51,200 bases of DNA from Nitrospinales bacterium (GTDB lineage: Bacteria; Nitrospinota; Nitrospinia; Nitrospinales; JAJDAT01), in the NCBI GenBank assembly GCA_046757665.1, contig JBHHYO010000011.1:1-51200 (forward strand), given 5' to 3'. Positions 37,691 through 47,235 of this stretch are shown here, piece after piece (position 1 is the stretch's first letter; each line of letters begins with the position of its first letter). The notes under the pieces were generated by a model. The model was given only the letters and a program-made list of their open reading frames with translations, did not search any database and had not been told where the DNA came from. Made by a program: the position numbers and the translations under genes.

Positions 37691-38014
37691 ATGGATACTT
37701 ACCTGGGAAACAGTATCAAGGAGCAAAAGCGCCATTACGAATCTTCAACTCCGGCCTACGGCCCACCCAAGCGGATGAGGGATTTCTCCATACCAAAAAA
37801 GCCGGGCAAGTCGAGCCCCGCGAACCGCTCCGGCTCTCAGAGCAAATGCTCTTCCGGCAAAAACCGGAATTCTCCGCCCACGGAAATCCGTCGGGACCTG
37901 GTGAAAAAATTCCGCCGGGTTTTGAAGGAAGGCGCCTATGAAGTGAAAGCCGAAGAAATCGCCGACAAGATTGTCCAGAAAATCAGAGAGGAAAAAGACC
38001 GCATAATTTCGTAG
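37691..38014 (+). CDS. flgM: FlgM-like anti-sigma-28 factor
   Basis: C-terminal EIRRDLVKKFRRVLKEGAYEVKAEEIADKIV resembles the FlgM sigma-binding helices; disordered N-terminus; AGGAGAG RBS. Confidence 0.65.
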   Translation: MDTYLGNSIKEQKRHYESSTPAYGPPKRMRDFSIPKKPGKSSPANRSGSQSKCSSGKNRNSPPTEIRRDLVKKFRRVLKEGAYEVKAEEIADKIVQKIREEKDRIIS

Positions 38015-38048
38015 CTTTTGCGGTAACAGGCACGCGAGGGAGGAAGGG

Positions 38049-39026
38049 CTAAGGAATATTGGGCAGACTGTTTTTGATCCACACGCCGAACCGGTCCCAA
38101 CCCAACATTTTTTTAAGTTTCTCTAAAACGTTATCCTGCTTTTTTCTGGGCGACATATGCCCGCCGCGGGCAATGCGTCTCAGATGGTTGAGTTCCCGGC
38201 TTTTTTTCGCGGCGAATTCAGCTCGGACTTGTGCCGTGATGCGCGCCCGGGTAAGCGCAACAGTTTTTTTGGTAAAGATTTCCATCTCCGGCGCCTCTTC
38301 ACCGCCGCTACGGCTGAGGGCCATGATTTTTTTCCGTAGCGCTTTTTTGATCCGTTGACGTCCCTGCCGGTCCAGTCTCGCGGCTATTTCAAGTTTTAAT
38401 TTTTCCTGGCCGGCGTTTGGGAAATCTCTTTTCACCTCATTTTCAATTTCGCTTGTGATGCGCCTTTTGATTGCCCGCTCATACCTCTTTCTCATTTTTT
38501 TCAACGTCAACTTTTCGACCGGGAGCAACTCCTCTTCCAGGGCATCTTCCAGCCGCAATGCTATTTCTTGCTGGATTTCTTTTTCCAATATCTTCTGTTC
38601 TGATGTCAACCTTTTATCAAGCTCGATTTTTCTGGCCAGCAATTCCCTGTATTCCCGTGTGGATAATGCCGATGTTTCAATCTTGAATTTAAGCGCATCA
38701 AGATCGTCGCGGATCAGGCCGGGGTTGCGTCCGGAGAAATCATTTTCTGCGTCGATGGAAACTCTTCGTCCGTCCACAAGCGTTGCCTGTAGCGAGCCCA
38801 TGTTCCAGAACCGCCCCTTCTCGCCGGGTATGAATTCCAGCGCAGTGATTTTTTTTTCGTGACGCAGCCACTGGCGGGCGATGAGTTTTGCTTCGCCGCG
38901 AAAGCCTCTCAGGATTTTTTCCGGGGGCGGCGGTTTCTTGGCGGCAAAAAGACTCGTTGCCACAAACGCCGGCGACAATACCAGGACGAATACCAGGACA
39001 AGCCGCAATAGTCTTTTTTCTTGCAT
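38049..39026 (-). CDS. Hypothetical exported, charged coiled-coil protein
   Basis: Signal-like MQEKRLLRLVLVFVLVLSPAFVATSLFA; K/R/E-rich helical body; start ATG 39026. Confidence 0.65.
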   Translation of the reverse strand: MQEKRLLRLVLVFVLVLSPAFVATSLFAAKKPPPPEKILRGFRGEAKLIARQWLRHEKKITALEFIPGEKGRFWNMGSLQATLVDGRRVSIDAENDFSGRNPGLIRDDLDALKFKIETSALSTREYRELLARKIELDKRLTSEQKILEKEIQQEIALRLEDALEEELLPVEKLTLKKMRKRYERAIKRRITSEIENEVKRDFPNAGQEKLKLEIAARLDRQGRQRIKKALRKKIMALSRSGGEEAPEMEIFTKKTVALTRARITAQVRAEFAAKKSRELNHLRRIARGGHMSPRKKQDNVLEKLKKMLGWDRFGVWIKNSLPNIP

Positions 39027-39055
39027 GGTGCGTTTCCCTTGCCGTGATGGGGGTG

Positions 39056-39598
39056 TCAACCTTTTTTCAAGGAACTGCCGTTCCTGCTGTCCCAGACGAT
39101 CTTGTTGGGACTCGAAACGTGCCGGGCCACGCCCGTCCAATGATCGGAATACGTCCGGATAGACAGAACCTTGACACAGGGATCGATGCCGTGAGAGCCG
39201 GCGATATGGGAAGACAACCGGTCCAAGTCCTTCAAATAAGCGGCGTGCTCGGACTTGTAACGTTCCTGTCCCTCGGCAATATTCGCCAATGTGCTCTCGG
39301 CCAACAAATCGTAGTTGAAAATCGTTTGCTTTAGTTGCTCCATGTCCAAAAAGGCATAAACATAAATCCACGCAACAAACGGAATGATCGAAGCGGCGAA
39401 CAATCCGGTTTTAAGCTTTTTCCCATTAAGCAATGTCGCCAGAAAAATCAGGCCAAATCCCAGGGCCAGGGAATAGTAAGAAACTTGTTCGTAAAAAGCT
39501 ATGGACAAGGGCCTGCCGCCGCAATCGGGGTTGCCCGCGGCATGGGCGTCAAGGGACAACACAACCAAACAAATCGGAATACAGGCGAATTTTGACAA
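39056..39598 (-). CDS. Hypothetical membrane protein with pilin-like C-terminal domain
   Basis: Signal-like segment, two TM helices, then AESTLANIAEGQERYKSEHAAY; start uncertain (TTG 39598 assumed; ORF open to 39796). Confidence 0.55.
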   Translation of the reverse strand: MSKFACIPICLVVLSLDAHAAGNPDCGGRPLSIAFYEQVSYYSLALGFGLIFLATLLNGKKLKTGLFAASIIPFVAWIYVYAFLDMEQLKQTIFNYDLLAESTLANIAEGQERYKSEHAAYLKDLDRLSSHIAGSHGIDPCVKVLSIRTYSDHWTGVARHVSSPNKIVWDSRNGSSLKKG

Positions 39599-39787
39599 CG
39601 TTTTTCTCAGTAAAGGGATTTTTGAAGTTCTGCTGTTGTCCGCGGAATTTAAATAGCTCTTCACAAAATCATGACTATTGGATAAGATAATCATCATCTT
39701 TTTTAACGGCAAAACCGCTTCAATTCGACAGGAGAATTCCCTCCTCCCCGCGCGAATCGAGACAATTTTTCTAACAGGAAACGGTTC

Positions 39788-40210
39788 ATGAATCAACAGT
39801 CACGATTTATCGACAACGGTGACGGCACGGCAACAGACCGGGAAACCGGGCTGGTCTGGATGAAAAAAGATTCCTGGCAAATTCTCCAGGATTGGCTTGA
39901 TTTTAAGGAAGCCCTGAGCTTCGTGGACACCATGAACAAAAAAGATTATCTGGGTTTTCACGACTGGCGGCTTCCTGAAAAAGAGGAGGCCGAAAAATTA
40001 TATGCCCCCGCCTGCACCATTATGGCCCGGTCCAACGTGGAAATCCATTTGGACCCGGTGTTCGAGCCCGGCGGCGGCAACGGTTGCTGGTGTCTGCCGT
40101 TCGACCAGCAGGCCGCATTTTACCTTTCGTACGCCAGCGGCATGACGCAGGCATGGGATCAGGACTTTTCCCAAGGCTATGCCCGCCTGGTACGCCTTTA
40201 TCCCGATTAA
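39788..40210 (+). CDS. DUF1566 (Lcl C-terminal-like) domain protein
   Basis: RFIDNGDGTATDRETGLVW, GFHDWRLP, C-terminal ARLVR. Confidence 0.88.
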   Translation: MNQQSRFIDNGDGTATDRETGLVWMKKDSWQILQDWLDFKEALSFVDTMNKKDYLGFHDWRLPEKEEAEKLYAPACTIMARSNVEIHLDPVFEPGGGNGCWCLPFDQQAAFYLSYASGMTQAWDQDFSQGYARLVRLYPD

Positions 40211-40632
40211 CTCTCCGCCTGGGCGGCCCGCACAGCGCAGGAAACGATTTTTTTCGGCATTTCCCTCGGCGGACGGATCACCTGGCAAATTTCCACCCGC
40301 TCCTCGTCGTAGGTGATGGAGGAAATTTTGTAGCGTTCCTTATCAATACCTTTTTCAAGGCCGAGGTATTGCGCGATTGACGTTCTCAACGCATCCCATT
40401 CCAAATACAGGAAGAACCGGCCTTCTTCGTCCTCGGGGTTAAAATGACGCAAAATTTCTTCAAATTCGACCCGAAAAATTTCATCAATTTGGCGTCCCCG
40501 GCAATAGCTTTCGTATCCCGTGCCACCGGCGATTTGCTTCGAGCACGTGATCTTGGAAAAATCAAAATCGAGTAAACATTCCTTGCGGTCCAGCCGGACC
40601 ACAATTTTAGATGCGGTATCCTTGCATGGCAT
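40207..40632 (-). CDS. Hypothetical Cys-containing protein, IscU/SufU-like
   Basis: PCKD...DFDFSKITC..QIA...RGRQIDE...LEWDALRTSIAQY parallels the IscU pattern; start ATG 40632. Confidence 0.55.
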   Translation of the reverse strand: MPCKDTASKIVVRLDRKECLLDFDFSKITCSKQIAGGTGYESYCRGRQIDEIFRVEFEEILRHFNPEDEEGRFFLYLEWDALRTSIAQYLGLEKGIDKERYKISSITYDEERVEICQVIRPPREMPKKIVSCAVRAAQAES

Positions 40633-40793
40633 GGTCAGGTTTCCTCTGACAGGAATTGATGGTTTGATTATATCATTTTTTGGGGTATGGGAAACCGGAG
40701 GTTGCCGGTCAGGCGGCATTTCATTTGAGGTATCATCTGCAATACGGTAGAATTACGCGCCGTTATTCACTCAGATCAACAGGAACAAGTATT

Positions 40794-41792
40794 ATGGAGA
40801 AATGCACTCTCGTCCAGCATATCCGCCGTCAGGAAAAGGAGATTCCCGGCGCGACGGGTGAGTTTACCAACCTCATGTACGAAATTCTTGTGGCCGCCAA
40901 GCTGATTTCCAAGGAGGTCAACAAAGCCGGCCTGGGAGAGGATATTCTCGGCTTAACGGGAAAAACCAACGTGCAGGGGGAGGAAGTTCAGAAACTGGAT
41001 GAGTACGCCAATGACACGTTTATCAAGATGCTTGGGGACAGCGGAAGCGTTTGCGCCATCAGCTCGGAAGAAAACGAAAAGCCTATTATCCTCTCTTCCG
41101 AGGGGCAAAGCGGAAAATACATTTTCACGATGGACCCGCTGGACGGATCATCCAACATTGACGTGAACATCAATATCGGCACGATCTTCTCCGTTTACCG
41201 CAAAATCAGCCCGGGGAATACGGTGACGGAAGAAGACCTGTTGCAAAAAGCGGATCGGCAGGCGGCGGCAGGATATATTCTTTACGGTAGCAGTACCATT
41301 TTTGTTTATACAACCGGCGACGGCGTGCACGGCTTCACCTTGGACCCCTCTATCGGAGAGTTTTATTTGTCTCATCCGGACATAAAAATTCCGGCAAAGG
41401 GGTCCACTTACAGCATCAATGAGGGCAATTCCGAGCTATGGTCCGAGCAACAAAAAAACCTTGTCGATTATCTCAAGGAAAACGACAAGGCTGGAGGCCG
41501 TCCTTATAAATCCCGATACATCGGCACCCTGGTCGCGGATTTTCACCGCACAATCTTGAAAGGCGGTATCTTCATGTATCCCGGCGACAAAAATTACCCC
41601 GACGGCAAATTGCGATTTTGTTTTGAAGGAGCGCCGTTGGCGTTTATCGTGGAAAACGCGGGAGGACGGGCCAGCACCGGACAACAACGGGTTCTGGAAA
41701 TGAAACCGCGGGAAATCCACCAGAGAATTCCCCTGTTTATTGGAAGCCCGGAGGACGTTGCCTTGGCGGAAAAAATGCTCGCCGAGTCCTGA
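40794..41792 (+). CDS. fbp: Class 1 fructose-1,6-bisphosphatase
   Basis: NVQGEEVQKLD, SEE, DPLDGSSNIDVN, YSINEGN, RYIGTLVADFHR, GKLR; start ATG 40794. Confidence 0.96.
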   Translation: MEKCTLVQHIRRQEKEIPGATGEFTNLMYEILVAAKLISKEVNKAGLGEDILGLTGKTNVQGEEVQKLDEYANDTFIKMLGDSGSVCAISSEENEKPIILSSEGQSGKYIFTMDPLDGSSNIDVNINIGTIFSVYRKISPGNTVTEEDLLQKADRQAAAGYILYGSSTIFVYTTGDGVHGFTLDPSIGEFYLSHPDIKIPAKGSTYSINEGNSELWSEQQKNLVDYLKENDKAGGRPYKSRYIGTLVADFHRTILKGGIFMYPGDKNYPDGKLRFCFEGAPLAFIVENAGGRASTGQQRVLEMKPREIHQRIPLFIGSPEDVALAEKMLAES

Positions 41793-41821
41793 ATCCTTTC
41801 CCCTATCAACGGACAATTTTC

Positions 41822-43108
41822 ATGAAAATCCAGGGTATCAAAGGCGTCAAGGACATTCTTCCCGATGAAATCGAAAAATGGCACTGGGTGGAACGTCAAG
41901 CGCACAAAATATTTTCCCGTTACGGGTTCAAGGAAATCCGCATTCCCATCTTTGAGAAGAGCGCTCTGTTTGAACGTAGCATCGGCGAGACAACCGATAT
42001 TGTCGAAAAGGAAATGTACACCTTCACCGACCGTAGCGGTGAACGGCTGACCCTGCGCCCGGAGGGAACGGCTTCGGTGGTTCGCTCTTATGTCGAGCAC
42101 AAATTATACAATCCGCCCTCGGTGGCCAAGCTTTACTATCTCGGGCCGATGTTCCGTTACGAGCGTCCGCAGGCCGGACGGTTCCGCCAGTTTTACCAGA
42201 TCGGAGCAGAGGCCATGGGTTCGGACCATCCGGCAATCGACGCCGAGGTGACCACCATGGTCATGGAATATTTTCGGGAACTGGGACTGGAAAACCCAAA
42301 GCTTCTCATCAACAGCCTGGGCTGTCCGGAATGTCGCCCGTCGTACCGGGAAATTCTCAAAGACGCCATCCGCGGGCATTTGTCGGAGCTTTGCGGCAAC
42401 TGCAACCAACGGTACGAAAGAAACCCTTTGCGTATTCTCGACTGCAAGGTTGAACGCGACCGGGAAATCGCTCGTGACCTGCCCAAAACCAGCGACCATC
42501 TTTGTGAAAAATGCCGGACCCATTTTGAGGAAGTAAAAACCTTACTGGCCGCCACCAAGACGGATTTTACGCTGGACTCTCTTCTCGTACGCGGTTTGGA
42601 TTACTACAGCCGCACCACTTTTGAGGTGATTTCGTCCGGTCTGGGGGCGCAAAACGCCATTTGCGGCGGCGGGCGCTACGATTCACTAGTCGAGGAATTC
42701 GATGGCCCCGCCACACCATGCTTCGGATTCGCACTGGGTCTGGAGCGGTTGATTTCCATCGTCCCTTTCGACAAGGCCGGCACAATCGGCGCCGATCCCG
42801 ATTTATTCGTTATCAGCCTGGGAGCCGAAGCTCAGCGGGAAAGTTTCCGCATCGTTCATGAATTGCGTGCTCAAGGTTTCCATGTAGACCGAACCTATGA
42901 TGCCGGCAGTTTAAAAAGCCAGATGCGAAAGGCCAATAAATCTGCCAGCCGATTCGTCTTGATCATCGGCGAAAACGAAATCAAAACCGGCAGGTACGTG
43001 CTCAAAAACATGCGGGCAAGCCGCCAGGTAGAAATAGCCAAAGCGAACCTGATCCCGGAATTGAAACGACACTTGAGCGAATCGGATACCACTTTCCGGC
43101 CGGTTTGA
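41822..43108 (+). CDS. hisS: Histidine--tRNA ligase
   Basis: TDIVEKEMY, LRPEGTA, FRYERPQAGRFRQFYQ, LVRGLDYY, GGGRYD, GLERL. Confidence 0.97.
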   Translation: MKIQGIKGVKDILPDEIEKWHWVERQAHKIFSRYGFKEIRIPIFEKSALFERSIGETTDIVEKEMYTFTDRSGERLTLRPEGTASVVRSYVEHKLYNPPSVAKLYYLGPMFRYERPQAGRFRQFYQIGAEAMGSDHPAIDAEVTTMVMEYFRELGLENPKLLINSLGCPECRPSYREILKDAIRGHLSELCGNCNQRYERNPLRILDCKVERDREIARDLPKTSDHLCEKCRTHFEEVKTLLAATKTDFTLDSLLVRGLDYYSRTTFEVISSGLGAQNAICGGGRYDSLVEEFDGPATPCFGFALGLERLISIVPFDKAGTIGADPDLFVISLGAEAQRESFRIVHELRAQGFHVDRTYDAGSLKSQMRKANKSASRFVLIIGENEIKTGRYVLKNMRASRQVEIAKANLIPELKRHLSESDTTFRPV

Positions 43109-43218
43109 AGCGGTAGGGTTAGCCCCGGCGAGGGTTTTTGGGAACCGGCCCGCCAAACCAGAGGATTTTGTTCAACGCTCTAATCGGGCCGTTTTCAATC
43201 GAAAACGAAGGGAAATCG

Positions 43219-43255
43219 TTGACCCCTTTTGACGATCATGCTAAATTTTAGCATG
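43219..43255 (+). promoter_or_regulatory. Putative sigma70 promoter of fur overlapped by a perfect 9-1-9 palindrome
   Basis: TTGACC-N17-TAAATT with TG extension; CATGCTAAA-T-TTTAGCATG at 43237-43255. Confidence 0.6.
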
Positions 43256-43277
43256 GCAAAATTGCGGGATTCGGAAT

Positions 43278-43706
43278 ATGTCCAGTAAAGAACTGCAAGT
43301 TCTGGAAGATTATATTTCACAAAACAATCTGAAGGTAACCCGCCAAAGGCGCGCGGTTTTGAAGGCTTTCCTGGAAAGCGAAGACCATGTGAGCGCCGAG
43401 GAATTATACCGCGCCGTCTCGGCCAACGAACCCAAGATAGGCTTGGCCACGGTCTATCGAACCCTGGCGCTACTCACCCAAAGCCAACTGGCCACGGAAC
43501 TGGACTTCGGTGACGGTCAGAAACGTTATGAGCATAAATTCATGCACAGCCATCATGACCACATGATATGCACTCAATGCGGAAAAATCATCGAGTTCAA
43601 TCATCCGCTCATTGAAAAGTTTCAGGAAGAGATCGCCCACCGCAACAACTTCACAATCACCTCGCACAAGCTGGATATCTATGGGCTTTGTAAAGAATGT
43701 CGATGA
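43278..43706 (+). CDS. fur: Fur family transcriptional regulator
   Basis: TRQRRAVL, HVSAEELY, IGLATVYRTL, HHDHMICTQCG, YGLCKEC. Confidence 0.93.
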   Translation: MSSKELQVLEDYISQNNLKVTRQRRAVLKAFLESEDHVSAEELYRAVSANEPKIGLATVYRTLALLTQSQLATELDFGDGQKRYEHKFMHSHHDHMICTQCGKIIEFNHPLIEKFQEEIAHRNNFTITSHKLDIYGLCKECR

Positions 43707-43721
43707 GCCCCATCCGTAATC

Positions 43722-44159
43722 TCAAGGCCTCTTGCTTTTGTCGCGACGGATAATCTGGATGACCGCCTGCGTCATCAATCCCAAAAACCAGAGCGTTGAA
43801 AAAAAAATGGCCCACAAAAATACCAGGTTGACCCAATACTGGGTGGGTTTGTAATCAAGGGAATTGTGCGCCAGCGTGCGGATGTTCGCCTTCTCCACCT
43901 CCGACGCCTGGACGAACTTTTTGTAAAAGGGGTGCCTGTTCTTGTCGGCGTAACGCCTTTGCTCAGCCAGGGATAGCCTCAAAAAATGGGAAATATCCCT
44001 GGCGTTCGCGGCCATAAAAAGCCGCATCTTTTTCGTCGCTCCCTTATCCGGCGGATGAGCCGTATAATGCCAATAACAAATCAGGGTGCTTATAATTACC
44101 GACGACCAGAAAAAAATGCGGCTGTACAGTTTATCTTTTTTTTCCGCTTTGTTTTCCAC
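43722..44159 (-). CDS. Hypothetical membrane protein (2 TM)
   Basis: GTG start with AAGG RBS; hydrophobic segments near both termini. Confidence 0.65.
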   Translation of the reverse strand: MENKAEKKDKLYSRIFFWSSVIISTLICYWHYTAHPPDKGATKKMRLFMAANARDISHFLRLSLAEQRRYADKNRHPFYKKFVQASEVEKANIRTLAHNSLDYKPTQYWVNLVFLWAIFFSTLWFLGLMTQAVIQIIRRDKSKRP

Positions 44160-44401
44160 GGCCTTCCTTTCCTCAGACGAAAACGGTCATCACTTTGAAA
44201 AGCGCGGATTCTATCATACAAAACCGCACGGGTATTTCTAAAGCAATTTTTGTTTTGGGTTTTGTCCGGCAACTATCTGACAACGGTTTCATCGACACAG
44301 CATCGGCGATTTTTAAAAACCCATGTTGCGCGTTATTTCTTTTGTCGTTATATTATATCAAGGTCCCCACCTTCTAAAAATATTCGGGAAACCAGAATAC
44401 T

Positions 44402-45019
44402 TTGCGAGCTTCGACCTTCATCCCGTTGCTTTATTTTCGACCCAAAGCGCAAATTGCTTCATGCCGTCTGGCGGGAGGAAGAAAAAGCGCTTCTCTTTTA
44501 ATTTCATTTTGGCTGGTCCCTCTTTTTCTGTTATTCCCGCTCTGGAAGGGCGTGGCATCGGCGCAACCCATCCCTTCCAAGGACGGCCGATTTTTGGACA
44601 ACCGCAACGGGACGATAACGGATACCAGGACAGGGCTCATGTGGACCAAGGAAGACAGCTGGAACGACCTCGGAAAATGCCTGAACTGGGAAGCCGCCAG
44701 AACCTACGTGAAAAACCTGACCACAGGAGAATTCAAGGACTGGCGCCTCCCCACTATGAATGAAATAGCCAAATTTCCGGAAGGCATTGTGGAGAGGGCA
44801 AAAACAAATCCTATCGGTGCGGCTTACAAAAACTGGAAAAGCGAGTATTCCCTTAATCTGGATACTATTTTTGCCGATGGCGCGGCTTACTGGATATGGT
44901 CGTCGGAAACCGATGGAGATTCCAATGCCGGGATAGTCGATTTGCGCAACGGCACTATGTTAAGCTGGAAAAGAAGCTCCTGTTTTGTGCTTGGGGTGAG
45001 AGCGGTCCGCAATCCTTAA
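44402..45019 (+). CDS. DUF1566 domain protein with signal-like N-terminus
   Basis: RFLDNRNGTITDTRTGLMW, DWRLPT, WIWSS, VRAVR; start ambiguous (no in-frame ATG before the hydrophobic leader). Confidence 0.8.
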   Translation: MRASTFIPLLYFRPKAQIASCRLAGGRKSASLLISFWLVPLFLLFPLWKGVASAQPIPSKDGRFLDNRNGTITDTRTGLMWTKEDSWNDLGKCLNWEAARTYVKNLTTGEFKDWRLPTMNEIAKFPEGIVERAKTNPIGAAYKNWKSEYSLNLDTIFADGAAYWIWSSETDGDSNAGIVDLRNGTMLSWKRSSCFVLGVRAVRNP

Positions 45020-45115
45020 CCGGAAAAACAGCAAATGCGTTGGCCGGGGATTTGGGCCTATCCGCTAACTTGTAATTTCAAAGTTCAACAAAAATTACTT
45101 TCACAAGGGGACGCC

Positions 45116-45826
45116 ATGTCTACCACAATGCCGGAATCTTTAGCCGAACAGATTATCGCCGAAAAAATCAGCGAATGGGCGCAGAAACAAAAGGAGCGAA
45201 AAGAGCAAGAGAAGCGGGAAGCCATCCGGATACACCCGTTTTTGACTATTTCCAGGGATTTTGGATGCGGCGAGGAAGAAATCATCCCCGCACTTGAAAA
45301 AACCTTGCGCTGGAAAGTTTACGGACGAACCTTGCTGGACCATCTGGCGGAACGGGAAACCTTGAGCCGCCGATTTATCGAAACCTTGGACGAACAGGAT
45401 CAAAATTTCCTGGATAACTGGATCAATTTCCTGACTCGTTCCGGCGGCGTTTTGCAAAAAGACTATGTTTTAAAAATTTCCCGGATGATAAAGGTCATCG
45501 CCGCCCAGGAAAGCGCCATTATTTTGGGTCGAGGAGCCCACCTGATTCTCAGGGAAAAGAAGGAAGGCCTGAAAATCAAGCTGACCGCCCCTCTGGCTCA
45601 CCGGATTCAAAACATCGCCAAATTGAGAAATATCCCGCCGGATGAGGCGGAAACCCTGGTGCGGCAGAAGGATAAGGAAAGAGAACTGTTCATCCAAAAT
45701 AATTTCCGCGTAGACTTGCAAAACGACGCCGAGTTCGACCTTATCTTCAACACCATGGCCCTTGCAACCGGCATGATTTGCAAAATCATAGACCTTATCT
45801 TCAATGAGAAAAAACACGCCGGATAA
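45116..45826 (+). CDS. Cytidylate kinase-like family protein
   Basis: TISRDFGCG, AIILGRGA, APLAHRI, KDKERELF, FDLIFNT; AAGGGG RBS before ATG 45116. Confidence 0.85.
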   Translation: MSTTMPESLAEQIIAEKISEWAQKQKERKEQEKREAIRIHPFLTISRDFGCGEEEIIPALEKTLRWKVYGRTLLDHLAERETLSRRFIETLDEQDQNFLDNWINFLTRSGGVLQKDYVLKISRMIKVIAAQESAIILGRGAHLILREKKEGLKIKLTAPLAHRIQNIAKLRNIPPDEAETLVRQKDKERELFIQNNFRVDLQNDAEFDLIFNTMALATGMICKIIDLIFNEKKHAG

Positions 45827-45886
45827 AATCGGGGGGGATTTTTCTCTACTTGTTGAAATGCTCGTCGACCAGCCACCGATCCCCTC

Positions 45887-47215
45887 ATGCAAAAGCCGAG
45901 CTACTACCGTTTACTGAAAAACAACAGGGCGTTCCGCAATCTTTGGTATGGGCAGGTGGTCTCCGAGTTCGGAAGCTGGCTCAACAGCATCGCTATCTAT
46001 GCACTGATTCTCAAGCTGAGCGGTTCGGGAATGTCCATGGCATGGGCCATGATGGCGAAACTGTTGCCGGTCGTTGTTGTCAGCCCATGGGCCGGTGTCC
46101 TGTGCGACCGCATCAGCCGGAAAAAAGTAATGATCGCCAGCGACGTCTTGCGGTTCATAGTGGTTCTGGGTCTTTTGCTGGTTGATGAAAAAGGCGATTT
46201 ATGGCTTCTCTATACTCTGGTTGTTTTGGAGGTTGCCTTATCCGGTTTTTTTGAACCGGCCCGTAGCGCCATCATTCCCACGCTCAGCGCAAAAGAGGAT
46301 TTGGTCACCGCCAACGCTCTCAGCGGTTCCACGTGGTCGGTCATGCTGGCTTTCGGGGCGGCTCTGGGCGGCGTTCTGGTGGCTCTTGTGGGGATCAAGG
46401 TAGCGTTTATTCTGGATTCCCTGACGTTCCTGCTTTCCGCCTGGTTCATATGCAATATCCCGAGTTCGCTGGAAAAGCTCAAGCCGGAAACGCCGGAAGG
46501 GTCAAGGTCGGGAAACTTTCAGGACCTTCGGGACGCGGCGAAATATTTTTATGCCGAGCCCATTATCCTGGTGCTTGCCTTGCTGAAATCGGGTCTGGCG
46601 ATTGCCGGAGGGATTTTGACAGTGATCCCCTTGTTTGTTCACAAAATTTTGGTGGGGCCGTCGGCAATTTCCATGGGCATCGGCATTATGTTTTCCGCCA
46701 GGGGCATTGCCGCCGCCGTTGGTCCTATTCTGGTCACCCGCATTTTCGGGGGTTCTTCGCCGGTGCTTCAACGGGCCATTGCCGCCGCTTTTTTCCTGGG
46801 AGCCTTGTCTTACCTGCTGTTTTCCCGCTCCACCACCCTTTTGGAAGCCTCGTTGAGCATCGCCGCCGCCACGTTTTTCGGGTCCATCGTATGGGTGTTC
46901 AGCAATGCCCTGATCCATTTGCAGGCGGATAAACGCTTCCTCGGTCGCGTGTTCAGCGCCGAAATGGCGGTCATGACACTTGTGATGGGGTTAAGCAATT
47001 TTGGGGCCGGCCTCGCGGTTGACCGGCTGGGGTTGTCTCCCAATGAAATTTCATTCTGGATGGGGATCGCCTTGATAATTCCAGGAGTGATTTGGAGCGG
47101 ATTTTTGTTTTTTGTGCGCAACCGCCTGAAACAGGGTAGAAGCATCGGCACGGTTTCGCCGGCTGATCCCTGCGGGTTCATGCCCAGTCCCCCACCCCTC
47201 ATAACCCGGAAGTGA
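45887..47215 (+). CDS. MFS transporter (DHA3/MFS_3-like)
   Basis: FRNLWYGQVVS, GVLCDRISRKKVMIASD, FFEPARSAIIP, ~12 TM. Confidence 0.92.
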   Translation: MQKPSYYRLLKNNRAFRNLWYGQVVSEFGSWLNSIAIYALILKLSGSGMSMAWAMMAKLLPVVVVSPWAGVLCDRISRKKVMIASDVLRFIVVLGLLLVDEKGDLWLLYTLVVLEVALSGFFEPARSAIIPTLSAKEDLVTANALSGSTWSVMLAFGAALGGVLVALVGIKVAFILDSLTFLLSAWFICNIPSSLEKLKPETPEGSRSGNFQDLRDAAKYFYAEPIILVLALLKSGLAIAGGILTVIPLFVHKILVGPSAISMGIGIMFSARGIAAAVGPILVTRIFGGSSPVLQRAIAAAFFLGALSYLLFSRSTTLLEASLSIAAATFFGSIVWVFSNALIHLQADKRFLGRVFSAEMAVMTLVMGLSNFGAGLAVDRLGLSPNEISFWMGIALIIPGVIWSGFLFFVRNRLKQGRSIGTVSPADPCGFMPSPPPLITRK

Positions 47216-47235
47216 AGATGCCCGGATTTCAGGAG

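Noticed and set aside
39788-45019. Complete diversity-generating retroelement
   Set aside because: No reverse transcriptase and no template/variable repeat pair visible in this window
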